Assembly: GCA_944358255.1 (NCBI GenBank)
Contig: CALVQQ010000004.1
Span: 1 to 39,023, forward strand
From: an uncultured Bacilli bacterium
GTDB lineage: Bacteria > Bacillota_I > Bacilli_A > RF39 > UBA660
Reading direction: 5' to 3'
DNA: 39,023 bases
This document shows positions 18,181-29,216 of the stretch, piece after piece. Numbering within the stretch: position 1 is the first letter of the stretch; each line of letters opens with the position of its first letter. The notes under the pieces were generated by a model that worked only from the letters and a program-made list of their open reading frames with translations, was not told the origin of the DNA and ran no database searches. A program made the translations under genes and the position numbers.

Positions 18181-19068
18181 ATGAATATAGACTTTGAACT
18201 ATATAGGATTTTCTATGTAGTAGCAAATCATTGCAATATTACTAAAGCAAGTGAGGAATTAAGTATATCTCAACCTGCAATAAGTAAATCAATTAAGAAT
18301 CTAGAAGAACAACTAGGTGGTCAATTATTTGTTAGAACTAAACGAGGTGTTGTTCTTACTGAAGAAGGAAAAGAGTTTTATAATTATATAAAACAAGCAA
18401 TTGAATATATTAATAATGCTGAAAATAAATTTACTGATTTAATTAATCTAGAAACTGGATGTATTAAAATAGGTATTAGTACAACATTAACAAAAGAATT
18501 TTTACTTCCGTATTTAGAAGAGTTCCATTCTTTATATCCTAAAATAGATATACAAATAATAACTAATTTAACTTCTGATTTAATGCCAAAACTAAGAAAT
18601 GGATTAATTGATATTGTAATATTAAATTTAAATGATAAAAATTATGGTAATGATATTGATATTATTAAATGTAGAAAGATAAATGATTGCTTCGTAGTAA
18701 ATAATAAATATAAGGATTTAATTGATAAAGAGATATCTATAAAAGATTTAAATAATTATCCTTTAATTTTACAAGCAAAAGGATCAAATACCAGAGAATT
18801 TTTAGATAATATAGCAAGAGAAAATGGAGTTGTTCTTAAACCAAATATTGAATTGGCAAGTTATTCATTAGTAGTTGAATTTTCTAAAATTGGTCTTGGT
18901 ATTGGCTATGCAACTAAAGAATATATAAAAGAAACAATTAAAAATAAAGAATTATTTGAATTAAAGATAAAGGAAAAAATTCCTAGTAGATATATAGGAA
19001 TTGCATTATCTAAAAATCATGTACCTAATTTTAGCACAAAAAAACTCATTGAAATAATAACAAAATAA
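18181..19068 (+). CDS. LysR-family transcriptional regulator
   Basis: NITKASEELSISQPAISKSIKNLEEQLGGQLFVRTKRGVVLTEEG; 295 aa; divergent from the coaE operon. Confidence 0.95.
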   Translation: MNIDFELYRIFYVVANHCNITKASEELSISQPAISKSIKNLEEQLGGQLFVRTKRGVVLTEEGKEFYNYIKQAIEYINNAENKFTDLINLETGCIKIGISTTLTKEFLLPYLEEFHSLYPKIDIQIITNLTSDLMPKLRNGLIDIVILNLNDKNYGNDIDIIKCRKINDCFVVNNKYKDLIDKEISIKDLNNYPLILQAKGSNTREFLDNIARENGVVLKPNIELASYSLVVEFSKIGLGIGYATKEYIKETIKNKELFELKIKEKIPSRYIGIALSKNHVPNFSTKKLIEIITK

Positions 19069-19112
19069 TGTATATTTTTTATTGAATATTTTGTTAAATA
19101 TGATAAATAATA

Positions 19113-19184
19113 TTGACATATAATTAATTAAATAATAGAATATATTGCACATATCTTGAAGAATTCTTCACAAAAGTGTATAAT
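19113..19184 (+). promoter_or_regulatory. Tandem sigma-A promoters of the TA operon with a palindrome over the proximal -35
   Basis: TTGACA(19113)-17-TAGAAT(19136); TTGAAG(19156)-17-TATAAT(19179); palindrome TGAAGAATTCTTCA at 19157-19170. Confidence 0.65.
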
Positions 19185-19210
19185 TATTATAGATAATAGG
19201 AGGGGATACT

Positions 19211-19687
19211 ATGAAAACAGATAAATTAACTATTTTTGATATTGCTAATTTTTTCTTGAAGATTGTTGATAGAGATTCTGGTAGTACAATTACTCCTTTG
19301 AAACTACAAAAAATACTATACTATGCACAAGGATGGCACCTTGCAATGTTCGATAATGAATTATTTGCTGATGATTTCCAAGCTTGGGCACATGGACCTG
19401 CGAATGTTGATATTTACAACGAATACAAAGAATATGGTTATTCTGCAATAGAAGCGCCTAAGGGTAATGTTCCAACATTATCAAATGATTTAACTGATTT
19501 TTTATATAGTATTTGGAACACATATGGTATTTTTGATGGTAAATATCTTGAAAGTTTAACACATTCTGAAAAACCATGGATAGATGCAAGAGGAGATTGT
19601 AAAGAAGGAGAATCTTGTTCTAACATAATTACTAAAGATTCAATGAAATCTTTCTTTAAAAACAAATTGAGTGAAGCAAAATCTTAA
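19211..19687 (+). CDS. Panacea/SocA-family (DUF4065) antitoxin
   Basis: ITPLKLQKILYYAQG, FQAWAHGP, LESLTHSEKPW. Confidence 0.9.
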   Translation: MKTDKLTIFDIANFFLKIVDRDSGSTITPLKLQKILYYAQGWHLAMFDNELFADDFQAWAHGPANVDIYNEYKEYGYSAIEAPKGNVPTLSNDLTDFLYSIWNTYGIFDGKYLESLTHSEKPWIDARGDCKEGESCSNIITKDSMKSFFKNKLSEAKS

Positions 19688-20066
19688 TAATATTATAAAT
19701 GGTGTGGATTATTATCCACACCAACTTAATACTAACAAAACTGATGATGACGAGATATGTATACTGGTATTTGCAAATTGTCATAATAAATATCCGTTGG
19801 AAAAACTTGGCTCAAAAGATTTAAAAGCATTTATTGAATTTTGTAAGAAAATAGAAAAAATGACATGGAAGCAAATTAAACTTGATGAAGGGCTAAATTA
19901 TGAAACACCAAAACATTTTAATGTTTCAATGCCCGATTTATTTCCAAAAGATGCAACAGCAGTATCATTAAGGGCATCTAAAAAATTTAGAATAATCGGA
20001 TGGAGAGAAACAAAATATTTAAATCTTATGTGGTTTGACAGAAATCACGAATCTTATCCAGGATAA
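19671..20066 (+). CDS. Putative toxin paired with the Panacea antitoxin (RelE-like RNase candidate)
   Basis: GTG start overlapping the antitoxin 3' end; C-terminal SLRASKKFRIIG...LMWFDRNHESY. Confidence 0.6.
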   Translation: MKQNLNNIINGVDYYPHQLNTNKTDDDEICILVFANCHNKYPLEKLGSKDLKAFIEFCKKIEKMTWKQIKLDEGLNYETPKHFNVSMPDLFPKDATAVSLRASKKFRIIGWRETKYLNLMWFDRNHESYPG

Positions 20067-20075
20067 AAAGATGAC

Positions 20076-21422
20076 TTATCTTTCAAAGTCATCTTTTTGT
20101 TTGCTTAAATTTAAATCTTCAATGTCATCATCATCTAAAACATTATCTTCATACATATCGTTAACAACATCAATATATTTATCATCTTTATCATACCAAC
20201 TATGAAGTTTATCGCGTAGGAAAGATATTAATTTTTCAAATTTGTCTTTCCAATATTCAAGAGTATTTTTTAAATCATACATTTTAGATTTTAAAAATGA
20301 TATTTCATTGTCTTTTTCTTTAATCGTATCATTTAAAATTTTAACTCTTAAATTAAGTGCTTTATTATTTTCAGTAAGAGTTTTAATCTTATTATTCTTA
20401 TCTTTTAATTGTTCATGAGCATTAATTAGTGTATTAGATAGAGTTTGTATTTTATCATATTCTATATTAGTGCTATCTACTTGTTCGATAAAGTTGATAA
20501 AAGAATCTTTATCTTCTTTTGATAAAATATAATTATCCTTATTTAATTTAGATATTTTAATCTTATTAATTTTATCTTTTATATCTTTAGAGTTTTGCTT
20601 TAATTCTAGAGATTTTTTATTTGCTTGTTTTAGATTTTCGGTGTTCTTCTCAATTTGTTTTTTTATCTCAATATAGTTATCCATATCAGATACATAAATA
20701 TCTCTATTTCTACCTTTTTGCTTTTTCTTTAAAGTTAAATCTAAACTATATGTTTGATTGAATTCTTCAATACATAAAGTTCTCATTTTATCTTGTAATC
20801 TAATTAAAGATTCTTTAGTAAAGACATCAGATTTACCAACTTGTTTTTCCATGCCATTTTTATTTTTATATTTAATTGGAACACCAACAATATGTAAGTG
20901 TGGACTTGTTTCATCATAATGAATTATAGCACTAGCTACTTTAAAATCAGGAACAAGCATTTCTAAATCATCAGCTTGTTTTTTATAAACTTCTGACATT
21001 TTCTTTTTAAAGATTTCATCTTTAGTATCCCAGTATTCTTTATCTCCAAGTTCAAGTATTATTTCACAAGCAAGATCTTTTTTTTTATTATTAGATACAT
21101 TTTCAAAATAATCATCTATCATTCGACTAGGTCTAGATTGTTTAGAATTGTATTCAAGTCTTGCTTCTTCAAACTCACTTAAATATAATTCTTTAACATC
21201 ATCAAGTGGAGAAGAAGTACCTCTAACTATTTCTATTAGTTCTTGTTCATTATCATATTTTCTATAATTATGCTTATCAACTTTTGATAATTGTCTTACA
21301 TTTTGAATAGCGTTATTAGGTAAAGATGTTGTTCCACTTAAATTATTTTTACCATTTTTTCTTGATATATTTTTCTTATTTTTATCACTACCTAAATGTA
21401 ATGAATAAGCTAGTTCTGGCAT
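20076..21422 (-). CDS. MOBV (Mob_Pre) relaxase
   Basis: Motif I HNYR, motif III HYDETSPHLH, long C-terminal coiled coil; AGGAGG RBS. Confidence 0.9.
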   Translation of the reverse strand: MPELAYSLHLGSDKNKKNISRKNGKNNLSGTTSLPNNAIQNVRQLSKVDKHNYRKYDNEQELIEIVRGTSSPLDDVKELYLSEFEEARLEYNSKQSRPSRMIDDYFENVSNNKKKDLACEIILELGDKEYWDTKDEIFKKKMSEVYKKQADDLEMLVPDFKVASAIIHYDETSPHLHIVGVPIKYKNKNGMEKQVGKSDVFTKESLIRLQDKMRTLCIEEFNQTYSLDLTLKKKQKGRNRDIYVSDMDNYIEIKKQIEKNTENLKQANKKSLELKQNSKDIKDKINKIKISKLNKDNYILSKEDKDSFINFIEQVDSTNIEYDKIQTLSNTLINAHEQLKDKNNKIKTLTENNKALNLRVKILNDTIKEKDNEISFLKSKMYDLKNTLEYWKDKFEKLISFLRDKLHSWYDKDDKYIDVVNDMYEDNVLDDDDIEDLNLSKQKDDFER

Positions 21423-21439
21423 AGTTTTCCTCCTTTCTA

Positions 21440-21668
21440 GAAGTGACCACTCAAGTGGCCATTTTGGCCATCCAAAATTTCTAACCCCCTAGGAATTTTG
21501 TACGTTCCATACAAAATATCCAGTGGGCTAAGGTTTAACACCTTAGAATCTGTTTACTTTATTCCGTAATAACTAAAACTTCGTAATGGTTAAAACTACA
21601 TAAAGTATCAATTTTTAAATTGCTATCGCCACTTTCATTTACTTCGTAAACAAAACGTGCCACGCATT
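21440..21668. other. Hairpin-rich intergenic region, candidate oriT / single-strand origin
   Basis: Stacked inverted repeats CCACT-CA-AGTGG, TGGCCA-TTT-TGGCCA, ATTTTGTA-N7-TACAAAAT, CTAAGGT-TTAAC-ACCTTAG, TTTAC-TTC-GTAAA directly upstream of mobV. Confidence 0.5.
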
Positions 21669-23525
<1,857 letters not shown>

Positions 23526-23546
23526 TTATCAACTCCTTTTATTAAC

Positions 23547-23596
23547 AAAAAAGGGGGTCAAAAATACTAGTTCAAACTAATACCTTTGACTCCTCT
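23547..23596 (-). terminator. Intrinsic terminator/attenuator directly upstream of the recombinase RBS
   Basis: Minus strand GAGGAGTCAAAGGTATTAGTT-TG-AACTAGTATTTTTGACCCCC followed by T6. Confidence 0.7.
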
Positions 23597-23638
23597 TAAT
23601 TTCATATTATATTTTTTATTAATTGTGTACTTGACCAT
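23567..23638 (-). CDS. Putative 23-aa leader peptide MVKYTINKKYNMKLRGVKGISLN
   Basis: AGAAAGCGAGG RBS 7 nt before ATG; lies between the promoter and the recombinase; stop codon is inside the terminator stem. Confidence 0.5.
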   Translation of the reverse strand: MVKYTINKKYNMKLRGVKGISLN

Positions 23639-23695
23639 AGATGTACCTCGCTTTCTAATAAAAGACGGATACTGCTTGTCATTTATTGGTTTTAT

Positions 23696-23724
23696 ATAAT
23701 ATACTTTTAAATTTGATTTGTCAA
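23696..23724 (-). promoter_or_regulatory. Sigma-A promoter for leader/recombinase
   Basis: TTGACA (23724-23719), 17 nt, TATTAT (23701-23696). Confidence 0.65.
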
Positions 23725-23744
23725 TCCTATCAATAAGTATTAGT

Positions 23745-24011
23745 TTATTTTATATAATTTTCTAATTCAGATAATTTAATCTTATTTGATAAATTTTCTA
23801 TAAATATTTCATTAGAATAGTTAAAAGCAAGAAAAGTAATATCATTAATAATAATCCTATGTGGCTCAATATAAGTTAAGTTCGTCTTATCAATTTTTCT
23901 AATACTACCATTAATAATAGTTGGTTGTACTTTAGCAAATTCACATATAAACTCAATTTTCTTTCTTAATGATTCTTCTAATGATAGTTCTTCTTTAATA
24001 ATATTTACCAT
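23745..24011 (-). CDS. Hypothetical 88-aa protein at the element end
   Basis: ORF with AAGGAAAGGATGG RBS; no recognised motif. Confidence 0.65.
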   Translation of the reverse strand: MVNIIKEELSLEESLRKKIEFICEFAKVQPTIINGSIRKIDKTNLTYIEPHRIIINDITFLAFNYSNEIFIENLSNKIKLSELENYIK

Positions 24012-24084
24012 AGTTCCATCCTTTCCTTATAAAGTAGGATAGTCTTTGTATTCTTCCAAGCTGAAACGTGTGAGTTAGAAACAC

Positions 24085-24112
24085 AAAAAAACTAATCCAA
24101 ATTGGATTAGTT
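24085..24112 (-). terminator. Element-encoded terminator downstream of tRNA-Gly
   Basis: Minus strand AACTAATCCAA-T-TTGGATTAGTT followed by a T run. Confidence 0.75.
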
Positions 24113-24150
24113 ATTTATCAAAACTCGAAAAGTTCGAGCAGATTTCACTA

Positions 24151-24224
24151 TGGAGCAGATGAGGAGAATCGAACTCCCGTTAGCAGCTTGGAAGGCTGAA
24201 GTTCTACCATTAAACTACATCTGC
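24151..24224 (-). tRNA. tRNA-Gly (anticodon TCC), CCA encoded
   Basis: GCAGATG TAGTTTAATGGTAGAACT TCAGC CTTCCAA GCTGC TAAC GGGAG TTCGATT CTCCT CATCTGC TCCA; 74-nt cloverleaf; promoter TTGACA (24269-24264) / TAAAAT (24247-24242). Confidence 0.97.
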
Positions 24225-24249
24225 ACGTAAGCACATTTATAATTTTACA

Positions 24250-25113
24250 TTATTTTGATAAATTGTCAAGCAAAATGTGCTCTTTTATATTTCTATTATA
24301 ATGAAACATATATTGAATACATAAACCTACATTTTTATCAAACTTTTTCTCTAAAAACACCTTAATTTGTAACACGTTACCATCAAAACCATAAAAATTT
24401 TTAACAAACTTTATTACCCAAGTATCTATAGGGAAAACATCAAATCTTGCAAAACCAAAAAGCAAAATACAAGAAGCCACCTTCATTCCTACTCCTTTTA
24501 TTTGCATTAAATAATTTAATGCATCAGAAGTAGACATATTATTAATTACCACAACAAAATCCTTATTACAATTTAAAAATTCTATAGCACTTAAAATATA
24601 CTTATCTCTAAAACCTGTTTTTAACAATTGTAAATCTTTTAACTCTAACCCAATAATTCTATCATAAGTTGGAAACAAATAATATTCTTTATCTCTAAAG
24701 TTAACCACATTCCCATATAGTTTGCAAAATAACTCAATAGATCCCATAATCCTCTTAACATTATTATTTTGACTAATAATATAACTAAAAAGCATTTCTA
24801 AAGGATCTTGTCTTAAAATTCTATAAGAACTACAATTATCCAATACATCAGAAAAATCAGGATTATTCAATTTTAAATTATCAATAATCTCACTATAATT
24901 TCTATTCAAATCAAAATAATTTATTACAACATTTTCCAAATCATCATAATTATTTGAATCCACTAATAAATAATTACCATTTTGAAAAACATTAATTACC
25001 CTATCAGAAAGAATTACATCAAAACTACCATTCTCCAGTTCACAAACCCTAAAACATTGCCCACTCAACAACGTTTCAGACAAATTCATATCTCCACAAA
25101 AAACCTTAATCAT
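24250..25113 (-). CDS. 8-oxoguanine DNA glycosylase (OGG1-like, HhH-GPD)
   Basis: TLLSGQCFR, RILRQDP, IISQNNN, IKGVGMKVASCILLFG, FPIDTW. Confidence 0.9.
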   Translation of the reverse strand: MIKVFCGDMNLSETLLSGQCFRVCELENGSFDVILSDRVINVFQNGNYLLVDSNNYDDLENVVINYFDLNRNYSEIIDNLKLNNPDFSDVLDNCSSYRILRQDPLEMLFSYIISQNNNVKRIMGSIELFCKLYGNVVNFRDKEYYLFPTYDRIIGLELKDLQLLKTGFRDKYILSAIEFLNCNKDFVVVINNMSTSDALNYLMQIKGVGMKVASCILLFGFARFDVFPIDTWVIKFVKNFYGFDGNVLQIKVFLEKKFDKNVGLCIQYMFHYNRNIKEHILLDNLSK

Positions 25114-27053
25114 AGTCCCAATCTACCATAATAATTAATGTATTCACCATTTTTAGAAGTTAAAATCAATGAAGACATAGTAAACTTCTGATAAACATCA
25201 CTATTAATCTTATCAACATAATTATCTGGAATATCTTCAACAAAAGGAGTGAAAGTTTCAGAAATAGCGTCATACTTACCTTTACCAGTAATCCAACTTC
25301 TATCAGAATAAATAACTAAGCCATCACCTTCAGCAAAAACATCCCTACCCATTAAAAGACGAGAATCATATGGAATTCCAAACAAATTATAAACTGTAGG
25401 AAGAACATCAATACTACTAACATATTTATCAACATAAACTGGTTCCTCCATTGCAGAATTGTAAATAATCAAAGTAGTTTTATACAAATCAAACTTATCA
25501 TCCCTATTAAAAGTACTAACCTCATTAATCTCACTTTCTTTTAAACCATAAGGATAATGATCAGGCGATATAACAATTACCGTATCATCTAACTTACCAG
25601 CTTCTTCCAAATAGCCCAAAAGTTTTTCCATAGCACGGTCAAATTCAATGTTTGCAGCAATATAAGCCTTTACATTACTACTATAAGGCAAATCAGCAAC
25701 CAAAGCCCTATTTTTATAGCTCATAGAGTTTCCTGTAAAAGTATAATTCAAGTGACCACTTACAGTCATGTAATAAGTCAAAAACTTCTCCTCATTAATA
25801 AAACTTGAATAAGTAACATCAACCATTTCAATATCACTCTCTGGCCAAATTCTACAATTCATCAACTTTTCCAAACCATTTCCACAACCAACATAATTAA
25901 AACCTAAATTCGGATGCGACAAATTCCTATCATAATAAGCATAAGAATGATCATGCCAAGCATTAGCCACATATCCTTGATTTTTAAACATATTTCCTAA
26001 AGCAAAAGGCATATCAATAAAACTACTCCTATACATACTCCAAACACCCTCTTTAGGTATTAAAGAATTCATAAACATATATTCACCATCAGATGTAGAT
26101 ACAGTAAAAAGTGGCTGATAATAATTATTAAAAACAAAACCATTAGTGCTCATTTTATATAAAGTAGGAGTCAATTCTTCACTTATAGCAATAGTATCAA
26201 AACCCTCTGCAGTTATATAAATCAAATTCTTATCTTTAAACATACCAGTATAATCATTTTGTTCCGTAGGTTGAACACTAGAAAAATATTCATGCATAGA
26301 TTTTACAGTTTCATCAGTTTCATTAATTAACAAAGAAGCAAAATCTATATCGAGCATATTATATTTAACTTCCTCTTCAATAACCACTTCTTCCTTATCT
26401 GAATCATCAATCCACAATTTTTCCTCAAATCCAAAAATAAACCTTTTCAAATCAAGACGTTCCATTGTTAATAACCCCATCTTATTAACAGTTAAAATAG
26501 GCGCATGTGTTTCATTATAAAGTCTTTTATAAGAATACATTCCTTCATCATTAAAATAAATAATCATACCAGTTGCAACAAACAACAAAACCATTACAAT
26601 TAAATTAAATATTAATCCAAATTTATTAAATCTTTTAAAACCAAAAATCTTATGTCCAAAAATAGCAAATAACAAAGTTGGTATAAACATTAAAACAAGA
26701 GGAATCCAATTTCTCACCATCATATCCAAAATTGCACTAAAAAATCCAAATACCTGAACAGTGCCAGTAGTTAAAGAGAATATAGAAAAAATAGAATCAT
26801 AGAAAGCATAATAAACCAACTGAGCCATAAATAAAACAGTTATAAAAAAACTTAATATAATGCTCAAAACATGATTTACCTTTTCAGAATAAATATTTGA
26901 AACAAAATATAAAAACATAGCAATTGGAATACTAAAAAATACTATCACCAAAGTATCTAAAGAAAATAAATTATTAAAAACAAAAAATTTATAAACAAGT
27001 TCCAAATATATAACTAAAAACAAAAACCAAAACAAACTTTTTAACTTTTTCAT
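25110..27053 (-). CDS. LTA synthase-family (sulfatase/alkaline phosphatase fold) membrane protein
   Basis: Five N-terminal TMs, NLIYITAEG, STSDGEY, TVSGH, SPDHYPY; start placed at ATG 27053. Confidence 0.85.
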   Translation of the reverse strand: MKKLKSLFWFLFLVIYLELVYKFFVFNNLFSLDTLVIVFFSIPIAMFLYFVSNIYSEKVNHVLSIILSFFITVLFMAQLVYYAFYDSIFSIFSLTTGTVQVFGFFSAILDMMVRNWIPLVLMFIPTLLFAIFGHKIFGFKRFNKFGLIFNLIVMVLLFVATGMIIYFNDEGMYSYKRLYNETHAPILTVNKMGLLTMERLDLKRFIFGFEEKLWIDDSDKEEVVIEEEVKYNMLDIDFASLLINETDETVKSMHEYFSSVQPTEQNDYTGMFKDKNLIYITAEGFDTIAISEELTPTLYKMSTNGFVFNNYYQPLFTVSTSDGEYMFMNSLIPKEGVWSMYRSSFIDMPFALGNMFKNQGYVANAWHDHSYAYYDRNLSHPNLGFNYVGCGNGLEKLMNCRIWPESDIEMVDVTYSSFINEEKFLTYYMTVSGHLNYTFTGNSMSYKNRALVADLPYSSNVKAYIAANIEFDRAMEKLLGYLEEAGKLDDTVIVISPDHYPYGLKESEINEVSTFNRDDKFDLYKTTLIIYNSAMEEPVYVDKYVSSIDVLPTVYNLFGIPYDSRLLMGRDVFAEGDGLVIYSDRSWITGKGKYDAISETFTPFVEDIPDNYVDKINSDVYQKFTMSSLILTSKNGEYINYYGRLGL

Positions 27054-27093
27054 AATGCACTTCCTAGTTATTATTATAACACGATTAAACAAT

Positions 27094-27130
27094 TTAAAAA
27101 CAACAAAGTTAATAACAATGTTGTTTTTAA
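27094..27130 (-). terminator. Hairpin downstream of glmS
   Basis: TTAAAAACAACA-N13-TGTTGTTTTTAA inverted repeat. Confidence 0.55.
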
Positions 27131-27142
27131 CGTTTTTAATAC

Positions 27143-28942
27143 TTACTCTACAGTAACACTTTTAGCCAAATTCTTCGGTTTATCAACATCACAGCCTTTC
27201 AACTTAGCAACTTCATAAGCAATAAACTGAAAAGGAATAATATTTATTAAAGGCTGATAAAACTCTGAAATTTTAGGAACCCTAACTATTTCATCAATTT
27301 CCAAGTTATCAGTATCCACATTTTCTGATGCCAAAAGATATAAACTAGCACCTCTACTTTGAGCTTCAACAGCATTTGACAAAGATTTCTCCTTGATTTC
27401 ATCATTAGTTATTATGGAAATTACAGGAGTACCATTATCAATTAAAGCTATTGGTCCATGTTTTAATTCACCAGCTTGATAAACATCACTATGAATATAA
27501 CTTATTTCTTTAAGTTTTAAACTAGCTTCAAGACCAACAATATAATCAATACCCCTACCAATAAAATATATATGTTCTTTAAACCAAAGTTTACCAGCAA
27601 TCGTAGAATAATCGATTTCAAATAACGGAATCAAATAACTCTTCAAATTTTCAAACGTTTTAATTAATGACTTTTTTTCTATATCAGATATTGTTCCCTT
27701 AATATATCCTAACTTTTGAGCAATCAAACTCAATTCCAAAACCTGTGAAAAATAACCCTTTGTAGTAGCAACAGCGATTTCTGGCCCAGCTAGCATAGGC
27801 ATAACCAATTTAGCTTCCTTTGCAATAGTTGAAGAAGGAACATTAACAATAGCTAAAGTATCTACATTTAAACTATTAGCCATTCTTAAACAAGCTAAAG
27901 TATCAGCAGTTTCACCACTTTGACTAACGACAATAACTAAAGACTTATCCTCATAAAAATGCTTTTTATATCGGTACTCACTTGCAACATCAACACTAAC
28001 ATGAATACTCCCATTACAAACATAAGTATCAATTAAATACTTTCCAACTGTTGCAGCATAAAAAGCACTACCACAAGCGACAATATCAACATTATTATAG
28101 TTTGAGATATCCGGAATATCATCAGAATAATTTCCATCTTCAATAAACTTATTATAAAGTTTAACACACAAATCCTTTTCTTCATTCATTTCCTTCAACA
28201 TAAAATGTTCATATCCGCCCTTTTGAGCATCTTCTATAGACCACAAAGCAGTTTTTATTTTTTTATCTACTAAACCATTTTCACTATAAACAAAAACATC
28301 ACTTTTAGTAATTTTAACTACTTCACCCTCTTCAATATCCACATATTTTTTAGTATAAGGAAGAATAACAGAAATATCAGATGCAACAAAATTTTCGTTT
28401 TCCCCAATACCAACTATTAAAGGACTATCTTTTCTTATTGCATATAAGGTATCAGCTTCATCATCAAACATAATAACTAAAGCATAGCTTCCTTTCATCT
28501 TCATCTGAGCGTAAACTAAAGCGTCATATTTACTTCCTTTATAACTATCAATCAAAGCCGCTACTATTTCAGAATCAGTATTAGTAAGAAAAAAATAACC
28601 AATTAATTCCAATTCTTTTTTTAATTCCCTATAATTTTCAATTATACCATTATGAACTAAAACAACATTGTTCATAGAATGCGGGTGACAATTAACCTCA
28701 TTTACTTCACCATGAGTAGCCCATCTAGTATGAGCAATGCCCATATAATAATTCACATCAAAACTTTCTAATTTTTTCTCAAGATCAATAACCTTCCCCA
28801 CACTTTTAACTACATCAATATTTTTATCATTTCTAACAGCAATTCCAGCAGAATCATATCCCCTATATTCCAAATTTTTTAGACCCTGCACTAAAACATC
28901 AGTGACATTTCTATCACCAACATAACCTACAATGCCGCACAT
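27143..28942 (-). CDS. glmS: Glutamine--fructose-6-phosphate transaminase
   Basis: MCGIVGY start (GGAGG RBS), LEYRGYDSAG, HTRWATHG, SQSGETADT, LKHGPIAL, KPKNLAKSVTVE. Confidence 0.98.
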   Translation of the reverse strand: MCGIVGYVGDRNVTDVLVQGLKNLEYRGYDSAGIAVRNDKNIDVVKSVGKVIDLEKKLESFDVNYYMGIAHTRWATHGEVNEVNCHPHSMNNVVLVHNGIIENYRELKKELELIGYFFLTNTDSEIVAALIDSYKGSKYDALVYAQMKMKGSYALVIMFDDEADTLYAIRKDSPLIVGIGENENFVASDISVILPYTKKYVDIEEGEVVKITKSDVFVYSENGLVDKKIKTALWSIEDAQKGGYEHFMLKEMNEEKDLCVKLYNKFIEDGNYSDDIPDISNYNNVDIVACGSAFYAATVGKYLIDTYVCNGSIHVSVDVASEYRYKKHFYEDKSLVIVVSQSGETADTLACLRMANSLNVDTLAIVNVPSSTIAKEAKLVMPMLAGPEIAVATTKGYFSQVLELSLIAQKLGYIKGTISDIEKKSLIKTFENLKSYLIPLFEIDYSTIAGKLWFKEHIYFIGRGIDYIVGLEASLKLKEISYIHSDVYQAGELKHGPIALIDNGTPVISIITNDEIKEKSLSNAVEAQSRGASLYLLASENVDTDNLEIDEIVRVPKISEFYQPLINIIPFQFIAYEVAKLKGCDVDKPKNLAKSVTVE

Positions 28943-28974
28943 TAGATTTTCCTCCATAAAAATAACAATTAACA

Positions 28975-29106
28975 CAGTACACTTTTTGTAATAATAAAAG
29001 ATTTTATTTTTTGTAGTGCACCTAACGATATATTAAACCGCAGTAGTACCCGCCGAAAATTTCGATTACCTACTGACCTCGTCAACTATAAAAGTTCTGG
29101 CGCTCA
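28975..29106 (-). ncRNA. glmS ribozyme (GlcN6P-activated riboswitch)
   Basis: Minus strand AGCGCCAGAACT-TTTAT-AGTTGACGAGG-TCAGTAG-GTAATCGAAATTTTCGGCGG-GTACTACTGCGGT, then a P4-like GTGCACT...AGTGTAC, directly 5' of glmS. Confidence 0.93.
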
Positions 29107-29216
29107 TTAAATATTTATCCACTACCCTCCTTATAAATACTTAACTATTATAATTATATCATAATTTAAGTCACATTATACTTTACATGTAAATAAAAAA
29201 GACAAATCATGTCTAT

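Noticed and set aside
24151..24224. Non-proteinogenic (cell-wall) tRNA-Gly, given nearby wall genes
   Set aside because: D-loop GG and T-loop TTCG are intact; nothing marks it as the staphylococcal-type variant.
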